64,000 nt of DNA from a virus. Of this stretch, positions 1 to 8,400 are shown piece after piece. The stretch's first letter is position 1; each line of letters starts with the position of its first letter. The position numbers and the translations under genes were made by a program. The notes below the pieces were generated by a model that had not been told where the DNA came from, ran no database searches, and was given only the letters and a program-made list of their open reading frames with translations. The stretch is from positions 1-64,000 of IMG/VR virus record IMGVR_UViG_3300034283_002790; one strand, written 5' to 3'.

Positions 1-1015
1 TACCGTTTGTCCCTGAAGTTCCATTGGTTCCACTACTTCCTGATGTCCCATTTGTACCACTAGTACCATTCGTACCTGACGTTCCATTAGTCCCACTACT
101 ACCACTAGTTCCGTTAGTTCCTGAAGAGCCACTCGTACCATTAGTTCCGCTAGTTCCATTAGTACCGCTAGACCCCGAAGTACCATTAGTCCCTGATGTT
201 CCGTTTGTGCCCGAAGAACCTGAAGTACCATTAGTACCACTACTACCACTTGTCCCATTTGTACCTGATGAACCGCTAGTACCATTTGTTCCGCTAGTTC
301 CATCTGTACCCGATGAACCAGAAGTACCATTAGTACCTGATGTTCCATTTGTCCCGCTCGTACCATTGGTTCCATTTGTCCCGCTAGTACCATTAGTCCC
401 ACTTGTACCATTAGTCCCGTTGGTACCTGATGATCCATTAGTTCCATTAGTTCCTGAAGTCCCATTTGTACCGCTAGTTCCATTCGTACCGTTAGTCCCA
501 CTTGTACCATTAGTCCCTGAAGTTCCATTGGTTCCATTGGTTCCACTAGATCCATTTGTACCATTCGTACCTGAAGTCCCGTTAGTTCCGCTAGTTCCAT
601 TTGTTCCACTAGATCCATTTGTACCATCTGTGCCTGAAGTTCCATTGGTTCCGCTAGTACCGTTTGTACCATTAGTCCCACTAGTTCCGTTCGTACCTGA
701 AGTTCCATTTGTTCCTGATGTACCATTTGTTCCTGAAGTACCGTTAGTACCGTTTGTCCCACTAGTTCCATTCGTACCGTTTGTTCCCGATGTACCATTT
801 GTACCGCTAGTCCCGTTTGTACCATTTGTTCCTGACGTACCGTTTGTTCCATTAGTTCCACTACTACCACTTGTGCCATTAGTTCCTGACGAACCGCTTG
901 ATCCTGATGTTCCTGACGAACCGCTTGATCCTGATGATCCACTAGTACCATTTGTACCCGAAGTTCCGTTAGTTCCTGATGTTCCACTAGTTCCCGAAGA
1001 ACCACTTGAACCATT
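1..1015 (-). repeat. Collagen-like repeat block 3, (S/N-G-T/S)n
   Basis: 9-nt periodic, synonymously diversified repeat with Gly every third residue on the minus strand. Boundaries are approximate. Confidence 0.9.
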
Positions 1016-4000
1016 AATTACACCTAATGTTGTTTGACCAAAAGAATAATGAGTCGTACCTTCGGTAACAAAAGTAACTGTATGTGATTGATTTGAAGTG
1101 TTAGTAGCATTTACTTTAACCAAAATTCTATCTGTTGTATTGATAGTATAACCACTCTGATAAGTATCGCTTAACACCATTGATGGATTTGGTGAATTAG
1201 TTGTTACGGGTCCTGGGTCTGTTGTAAATAATAATGTTTCAGTTCCTCCTGTTGTTCTTGAATAAACCTCACAAAAAATATTAAAACTTGCGTTATTGTT
1301 TTCTTTGTATGAGTGTAAATAAAATGACCAAATTCCCGCAGGAATAACCGAAACATTTGGATAATTTGATGGTGTTAAATAGGATTGAATTGTTGATGTA
1401 ACACCATTTGCAATAGTAACTGTAACTGTTTGTTGAGATCCTGTAGTTGGAATTGGTGAAAATTCTTTATATGGTGTTTGTGTTACTGATTCGTTAAAAT
1501 AATAAATAAGACCACCTGAAATACCATTTACTCCACTTGTACCTGAAGAACCTGAGGTTCCACTAGTTCCTGATGTTCCATTTGTACCATTAGTCCCTGA
1601 AGTCCCTGATGTTCCGTTTGTTCCTGATGAACCGCTAGTTCCATTAGTACCACTTGAACCCGATGTTCCATTTGTTCCGTTAGTACCTGAACTACCGGAT
1701 GAACCACTTGTACCATTAGTCCCCGAAGAACCTGACGTACCATTTGTTCCGCTGGTTCCATTTGTGCCTGATGAGCCTGAAGTACCGTTTGTGCCGCTAC
1801 TTCCAGAAGTACCATTTGTTCCACTAGAACCTGATGTTCCATCTGTTCCGGATGAGCCTGAAGTGCCATTTGTTCCTGACGTTCCGTTTGTGCCCGAAGA
1901 ACCTGATGTACCGTTTGTTCCTGAAGAACCACTAGTTCCGTTAGTACCTGATGTACCGCTTGATCCACTAGTACCATCCGTACCTGAACTACCACTTGTT
2001 CCATCAGTACCGCTAGATCCGTTTGACCCATCCGTACCTGAAGTTCCATTTGTACCAGATGTTCCTTGTTCACCTACAAGACAAAGTGTAACACCCGCTT
2101 GTGTTTTATAACCAGGGTTTGAAGAATATGTGATACCAGCAACTAAAGTACCCGTTGAAGCAGTGTAACCACTAATAAAGATATATTCTATAACATCATC
2201 AGGTGCATACACACTTAATGTTTGTCCAGGACCCCATGACATATTTGGATACGAGGGTCCATTGTAGGTTGTACCTACCGATTGAAAATAATAATCTCCC
2301 GCTAAGAATGGTGTACAAATTACCGCGGATGTTCCTGAAGATCCATCTGTTCCACTAGTCCCTGAAGACCCGCTACTTCCATCTGTTCCTGAAGTACCAC
2401 TACTTCCGTCAGTACCTGATGTCCCACTAGATCCATCTGTTCCGCTTGTCCCACTACTTCCGTCTGTTCCTGAAGTACCACTTGACCCATCTGTTCCACT
2501 TGTGCCCGAAGATCCTGAACTACCGTCAGTTCCTGAAGTGCCACTACTACCATCTGTACCACTTGTACCACTACTTCCGTCTGTTCCGCTTGTTCCACTT
2601 GATCCATCTGTACCGCTAGTTCCGTCTGTTCCGCTTGAACCTGAAGTTCCATCCGTTCCGCTAGTTCCGCTTGAACCTGAAGTTCCATCCGTTCCGCTAG
2701 TTCCGCTTGAACCTGAAGTACCATCCGTTCCGCTAGTTCCACTAGAACCTGATGTCCCATTTGTTCCTGATGTTCCATCCGTACCCGAAGACCCGTTTGT
2801 ACCACTACTTCCTGACGTACCATTAGTTCCTGAACTTCCATTAGTGCCATTAGTACCACTTGTTCCATTTGTTCCTGAAGACCCGCTAGTTCCATTAGTA
2901 CCACTTGAACCTGATGTTCCATTTGTTCCTGAAGAACCGGAAGTACCTGAAGACCCTGAAGTACCGTTAGTTCCAGATGATCCAGATGTCCCATTTGTTC
3001 CGCTTGTCCCATTTGTTCCACTAGTTCCATTGGTGCCACTACTTCCTGATGTTCCATTTGTTCCTGATGTGCCGTTGGTTCCATTTGTTCCTGAGGATCC
3101 ACTTGTCCCATTTGTACCCGAACTTCCACTAGTTCCATTGGTTCCTGATGTTCCATTAACTCCAGATAAACCACTTGTACCATTGGTCCCGCTCGAACCG
3201 TTAGTACCATTCGTTCCTGATGTGCCGTTTGTCCCGCTTGAACCTGATGTCCCACTCGAACCTGATGTCCCATTTGTACCACTGGTTCCATTAGTTCCCG
3301 AAGAACCGCTCGTACCATTTGTGCCCGAACTTCCTGATGTTCCGTTTGTTCCTGAAGATCCACTAGACCCAGATGTACCGCTTGAACCTGAAGCACCAGT
3401 TGCGGTAACACCAGTTATAGAAACCGTGTTTCCAGAATTATCGTAAAGTACTATTGTACTTGAACCCGAAAAATATGTACCTCCTGTTGTGTAAACATCA
3501 AAAGGTTTGAAAATCCTCCAATTAGAATTTGATGTTCCTCCACTTACACCTTCAATTGTTGATCCAGTCCATGAATTAATAAATGATTGTCCGGCTGGGG
3601 TATTATTTTTTACCGTTGTCCCAAAGTTAGAAATAACAACAGTAGGTCCTCCAGGTCCTGTTGCACCAGTGGCGTTTGACCAAAGTGTATCGTAATTAGG
3701 TATATAATATTGATAGAACTGATCCAATTCATATACATAAACAACCATTCCCAATCTTCGTCTACCACTAGAAATATTATCAGAGTTTAGAGTTAAAACA
3801 TCCGGAGAAAAAACACTTCCAGAACCTTTTGTAAAACTTATTGGAATTGAGTTACCACTAAACTCAATTGATCCAGTTTGTCCAACTGGTATTTGATAAA
3901 TCAAATCTGTCAAGTTATAAACCTCAGAATACCCTCCAACTGATAAAATACTAAACGTTGTTCCAAAAGTTTGATTTCTCAATACAGATGGTGTTCCTAT

Positions 4001-4042
4001 TGATAGTGTTGGTGATATGGGATTTTTATACAGACCTGACAT
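1..4042 (-). CDS. Collagen-like (Gly-X-Y, Ser/Thr-rich, Pro-free) tail fibre or virion appendage protein, at least 1347 aa; 3' end lies beyond the window edge
   Basis: Translated by hand from the ATG at 4042 (MSGLYKNPISPTLSIGTPS...). I found no in-frame stop through the globular parts (4042-3400, 2330-2065, 1535-1015), and the frame (SGTSGTNG...) continues to base 2. It is absent from the ORF track, presumably because there is no stop inside the window. Confidence 0.9.
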   Translation of the reverse strand, partial: MSGLYKNPISPTLSIGTPSVLRNQTFGTTFSILSVGGYSEVYNLTDLIYQIPVGQTGSIEFSGNSIPISFTKGSGSVFSPDVLTLNSDNISSGRRRLGMVVYVYELDQFYQYYIPNYDTLWSNATGATGPGGPTVVISNFGTTVKNNTPAGQSFINSWTGSTIEGVSGGTSNSNWRIFKPFDVYTTGGTYFSGSSTIVLYDNSGNTVSITGVTATGASGSSGTSGSSGSSGTNGTSGSSGTNGTSGSSGTNGTSGTNGTSGSSGTSGSSGTNGTSGTNGTNGSSGTNGTSGLSGVNGTSGTNGTSGSSGTNGTSGSSGTNGTNGTSGTNGTSGSSGTNGTSGTNGTSGTNGTSGSSGTNGTSGSSGTSGSSGTNGTSGSSGTNGTSGSSGTNGTSGTNGTNGSSGTNGTSGSSGTNGSSGTDGTSGTNGTSGSSGTSGTDGTSGSSGTSGTDGTSGSSGTSGTDGTSGSSGTDGTSGTDGSSGTSGTDGSSGTSGTDGSSGTSGTDGSSGSSGTSGTDGSSGTSGTDGSSGTSGTDGSSGTSGTDGSSGTSGTDGSSGSSGTSGTDGSSGTSAVICTPFLAGDYYFQSVGTTYNGPSYPNMSWGPGQTLSVYAPDDVIEYIFISGYTASTGTLVAGITYSSNPGYKTQAGVTLCLVGEQGTSGTNGTSGTDGSNGSSGTDGTSGSSGTDGTSGSSGTSGTNGTSGSSGTNGTSGSSGTNGTSGTNGTSGSSGTDGTSGSSGTNGTSGSSGTNGTSGSSGTNGTSGTNGTSGSSGTNGTSGSSGSSGTNGTNGTSGSSGTNGTSGSSGTNGTSGTSGTNGTNGTSGTSGTSGSSGTSGVNGISGGLIYYFNESVTQTPYKEFSPIPTTGSQQTVTVTIANGVTSTIQSYLTPSNYPNVSVIPAGIWSFYLHSYKENNNASFNIFCEVYSRTTGGTETLLFTTDPGPVTTNSPNPSMVLSDTYQSGYTINTTDRILVKVNATNTSNQSHTVTFVTEGTTHYSFGQTTLGVINGSSGSSGTSGTSGTNGTSGTNGTSGSSGSSGSSGTSGSSGSSGTNGTSGSSGTNGTNGTSGTNGTNGTSGTNGTSGTNGTNGTSGTNGTNGTSGTNGTSGTNGTSGTNGTSGTNGTNGTSGTNGTSGTDGTNGSSGTNGTSGTNGTSGTNGTNGSSGTNGTNGTSGTNGTSGTNGTNGTSGTNGTSGTNGTNGSSGTNGTNGTSGTNGTSGTNGTNGTSGTNGTSGTNGTSGSSGTDGTSGTNGTSGSSGTNGTSGSSGTNGTSGSSGTNGTSGTNGTSGSSGTNGTSGTNGTSGSSGTNGTSGSSGTNGTSGTNGTSGTNGTSGSSGTNGTSGTNG
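1535..2065 (-). repeat. Collagen-like repeat block 2, (S/N/D-G-T/S)n
   Basis: Same Gly-X-Y periodicity. Boundaries are approximate. Confidence 0.9.
2332..3400 (-). repeat. Collagen-like repeat block 1, (S/N/D-G-T/S)n
   Basis: Same periodicity. Contains three near-identical 36-bp units at 2631-2738. Confidence 0.9.
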
Positions 4043-4065
4043 TTTATTGTTATGAATTCAATTTA

Positions 4066-5424
4066 TTATTGTATATCATTTCCTTTAAAATAAATACGGA
4101 AATTATTGTTTAATTTGAAGATTGGACTTGGGAAAGTTGTATAAACTCGATACACATCTTGTGGTATTGTTGATCCCGTATAATTGAAGGTATATGTATA
4201 TATTGTTTGTTCCATATTTACCGGACTTAATGATTGTGCATTTCCTGAATCATTTAATCCAATTTCCACTTGTTTCAATCCATTGGTTGATCCAGTTGGA
4301 ATAATCCATGTGTACCATGATTGACATCCAACATAATTTTGAGGAACCTCTGTTGTAAAGAAATTGTAAGCCACTATATTGTTTCCAAAACTATCTAATC
4401 CACCAGAAGTTGTTGGAACAAACTGTGTAATTATTCCAGGGAATGAACCACCTGTCCACCCACTATAATTTACATATAGATTCATGTCTATGTTGAACTG
4501 TGTTTGATCCTGAGTTGGTTGAGATGAATTTGTAAACCCAAAGAAGTTAGATCCCCCATCATACATATACTGACCTATTGCCGTAGATCCTGTTACTGGT
4601 TCTATGAACAAAAAGACTTGATTTACAAACGTTGGACTTGAAGTAGGTGTTGGTGTTAATGTTGGGGTTAACGTTGGTGTGACAGTTGGAGTTACTGTAT
4701 TTGTAGGAGTTATTGTTGGAGTAATTGTTGGTGTAACCGTATTAGTTGGAGTGATTGATGGAGTTGGTGGTGGAGAAGTTGAAGTGACAGTTGGTGTAGG
4801 TGTTGTGGTTGGAGTTTTTGTTGGAGTAGTTGTTACCGTTGGTGTTGGTGTATATCCAGAAGAAGGGGTTACTGTTGGTGTTACTGTATTTGTTGGTGTT
4901 ACAGTATTCGTTGGAGTTGGGGTTACAGGACACCCACTTGTGTTACTTGGTGTTGGTCTTGGTGAAGTTGCCGGTCTTGGGGTTTTGCTTGGTTTTGGAC
5001 AACCACAAGGATTTGTACAAGTTTCTGTTGGTGTTGGAGTTATTGTTGGAGTAATAGTTGCGGTTATTGATGGTGTTGGTGTTGGAGTAGGCACTTTGCA
5101 AGGATCGTAAGATGGTGTAGGTGTTGGTGTTGAGGTTGGTGCCGGAGTTGGGGTTCTTGTAGGTGTGATAGTAACGGTCGGTGTTGGAGTTAATCTTGGT
5201 ACTTGTAAAATGTTATTACAATCGTTTCCACAAAATTGACCCAATACTAAAATTGTATAAGTTCCATATATTTCTCTTGGTGGAGTTAAAAGTGAAGAAT
5301 CAAAAAAATATGGTAACAATTGTGTTCCAAGATTTATAACAATATTTTGATTGTCTGGCTTGAACAATATTTGTGCATATTGACCATTGTAAGACGGACT
5401 AGAAATTGTTATTGTTTGACTCAT
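4066..5424 (-). CDS. Virion structural protein with a long mucin-like Thr/Pro linker, 452 aa
   Basis: Globular N- and C-terminal domains separated by about 190 aa of TPT/TPTPT repeats. TATTTAT motif 13 nt upstream of the ATG. Confidence 0.75.
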   Translation of the reverse strand: MSQTITISSPSYNGQYAQILFKPDNQNIVINLGTQLLPYFFDSSLLTPPREIYGTYTILVLGQFCGNDCNNILQVPRLTPTPTVTITPTRTPTPAPTSTPTPTPSYDPCKVPTPTPTPSITATITPTITPTPTETCTNPCGCPKPSKTPRPATSPRPTPSNTSGCPVTPTPTNTVTPTNTVTPTVTPSSGYTPTPTVTTTPTKTPTTTPTPTVTSTSPPPTPSITPTNTVTPTITPTITPTNTVTPTVTPTLTPTLTPTPTSSPTFVNQVFLFIEPVTGSTAIGQYMYDGGSNFFGFTNSSQPTQDQTQFNIDMNLYVNYSGWTGGSFPGIITQFVPTTSGGLDSFGNNIVAYNFFTTEVPQNYVGCQSWYTWIIPTGSTNGLKQVEIGLNDSGNAQSLSPVNMEQTIYTYTFNYTGSTIPQDVYRVYTTFPSPIFKLNNNFRIYFKGNDIQ

Positions 5425-5463
5425 CGATACTTTTTTATAAATACCTATTTAAACAAAATTGGT

Positions 5464-8400
5464 CTAAACAAAATAATTTGGATCCAATATAATTGGTGGA
5501 TTTGCACCTACTTGACGATATATAACAGTTCCATTAATACCCACCTCTATGTCAAAACTTCTTGGATCATTAACATCTGTTCTTCTAATAAGGTATTCGG
5601 TGTAAGAACCTTGGAAAATTTTCTCGGGATTTTGACCGTCTGGTCCCGGACATAATGGAAATAAATAAGTCGGACTTGTACTTACGGCTTTTCTCGGAAC
5701 CCACGCACTTGCCATACACCCAATTGTGGGGGGCCAAGCATTACCATCACAATCAACAAAAAAACCGTCTGAACCAAGCCAGTCACAAGTTGTGGCAGAT
5801 AACGAAGGTATGATTGTCAATGGATTACCAGAGTATGGATATGTTATATTAGAATACCACGGAACAATCCAAGTACCTGTTGAATTACGGTAACTCATGT
5901 TGCCAACTGTTCTTACAATACCTCTCACTCTAACAAAAGGGTCAATACTTCTAAGTGCTGTGTTAGAAATTGATGAATAATTTATATCAGCATAATAACT
6001 TGGGTTTACATTGTTGGCAATGAAAGTAGTTACCGTTCCAGAGCAGGCGGAACATAAAGGGTCATTTCCACCGTAGTTGTTAGTTATCAAATTCATATTG
6101 ATTATCATTTGGAAATTTCCAGGTGTATTAGTTGTGGTTACTGAAGATGAAGGATGAAATGACCAAGATTTTAATGTAAATTGATTATCAGCACAATTTG
6201 AATTTATATTAAGTGGTTGATAGTGATCAAAAATAATTACTTTATAATAATCGACTGATGTTGGTAAAGGGGCTGTTGGTAACCATCCTATATTAGTCAT
6301 TCTGGATAAATAAGAATTATAAAATGCGTCTCTATCGGTTTGACTTGAACACGTAATTGTTATCACATTATTAACTTTTGTGACATTGACTGTGTTTGGT
6401 ATATTAGAAGTACAAGTTGTAGTTACACCAGTATTAACTGTTGTACAGTTTCCACCTAATGGACCAAGAGGACTTATAGGTGAATAAAGAGTTGGTGTAA
6501 GTGTGTCCATTCTTGAATTGTCACCGGCACTACATGGACATTCCGGACCCCCCTGATTTGAGGCGTTTAAATATGGATTACTCAACCCAGGAAATTCAGG
6601 GTGAAAATACTTGAAAATATCTTCGTTTGCCAAAATGTTTGCACTACAACCTGTAACGGTAAAGTCAACATCGAGAAGGTTACAGGTAAAACTAGGATTT
6701 GAAGTTAATGTTGATAAAATAATTTCTTGACCATACGGGTAAGAGTAAAATTGTTGTATACAAGAATCACATTCGAACCGTTCCAAACAAGTGAAGTATA
6801 AATCCCAAGAAGTTTGGTTTTGAGTTTGATTCGGTATCACTTCGATTATTAAATAATCGCCATTATTAATAACAAAGTTACTCAAATTAATAACTTTCAT
6901 AAAATAATTGTTAGATGCCTGAAAAGTTGTGGTGAAAACATATTTTTTTGGTAAACTAGTTACTCTATAATCAATATTTTGATTTAGGTTAGGAATTACA
7001 CTATTTGGACATTGCATAACCCCACCTACTTGAATATATTCTACCACAATTGGTACATTACCATAATTCGATCCAATAAATGTTATTTTTAATGTGTCTG
7101 GAACAAGTTGACCTTGAAATGCATAGGGAATATATTTTTTACTCGGGTCTATATCAAAATGTGCATACATACTTCCCGGAGGAACTGCCGAACCCGGGAA
7201 TGTTGAATACTGTACTCTATGTTCATATGCTCCAGTAAGTGTTCCATTGGTACAATTAAATGATTGTATATTAACTTCTTGAGATGTGAAACAATCCATC
7301 ATTGCTTGAGTTGTTCCAGAAATCCCAGTTGGGGTGTATGTTGTTCCAGCAATTGTAACGGCTTGTAGAACTGGTGTATAAAGACCAGGAGGTAACATCG
7401 GGGAATTTAATCCAGTCATCGGATGGTTGTAATTGTAAGGACCAACAAACGGAAAAGGCGTACCAAAACCAGATTTTAATGCAATGTTTCCAGATGAATC
7501 ATACCAGAAAATTGTGTATGCCTGAATGTTTCCACAAGTTCCAGTTAAATTTCCACATGTCAATTGACCAACAGTATTTAAGTTATATCCAGAAAGACCT
7601 AAGTTACATGGGTCTGTACATAAATTCATGGTGGTCACACAATTCTCATCTAATGCGGTGACGATACCACTCGCATTGAACGTATTATCAAATGGTGTAC
7701 TTACAACGCTACCTCCAGTTGCAATTGACATATTAATTAGTGCGGTTATTCCTGCCGGATAGGTTGATGATGCAAATGTACTTGCCGGTGGAATGATTAA
7801 GTTCATTGTAATATTTTGAGAAATACAATTAGATGTTAACTGTTGGATTACTAAATCATCAAGACCTAATATATAATTATCATTATTACCACTTGGTTCA
7901 TTATCTGTAATTAAAATAATTATTTTTTTATGAGTTGGTAAGAAACTTCCCGCAATTCCAAAATTAATAATTCTATCAATTGCAACATCAGATGGCTCTG
8001 GACCACCGATACCATTACCCAAAAAGAACCCAAAAAGAGGATTATTTAATTTATTTAATTGTACTGAAAAAGATGATTGATTGTTTGGTGTCATAACTTC
8101 CATTGCAGTTATAACCTGTGCTCTATTTGGTCCAATGTTTTGGTAAACATATTTTTGTGATGCTGGAAGTGAAGTATATTCTACTGATGATACGTATGTT
8201 AAATAATTTGGAAAATCGTCAGTTTCATCAAAAATTACTAATCCAAGTCTATAATTGTTATTTGAATTAGTAATAATATTGTTTACAATAGTTGCTATGT
8301 TTGTTTTGATAGCATTTATTGCAGGTCCCATACTTCCAGTATAATCCACAACAAATACGACATCCATTCCATCTTCACAATCAACCTCAGGTAGAGGTAA

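Noticed and set aside
1-3400. CRISPR array or DGR-like repeat
   Set aside because: The periodicity is 9 nt and coding, with no constant repeat plus unique spacer, and no reverse transcriptase or TR/VR pair is visible.
1528-3411. Minus-strand QVLQEQME-type ORFs (1528..2073, 2320..3411)
   Set aside because: Alternative frames of the same repeat. They end exactly where the repeat blocks end, whereas the Gly-X-Y frame continues through the globular inserts.
24-3446. Plus-strand VPLVP-repeat ORFs (24..1037, 1764..2111, 2502..3446)
   Set aside because: They are stop-free antisense shadows of the SGT collagen repeat; the codon pattern explains the lack of stops.
4679-5110. Val/Gly-rich plus-strand ORF resembling a membrane protein
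   Set aside because: Antisense shadow of the TPTPT repeat in 4066..5424.
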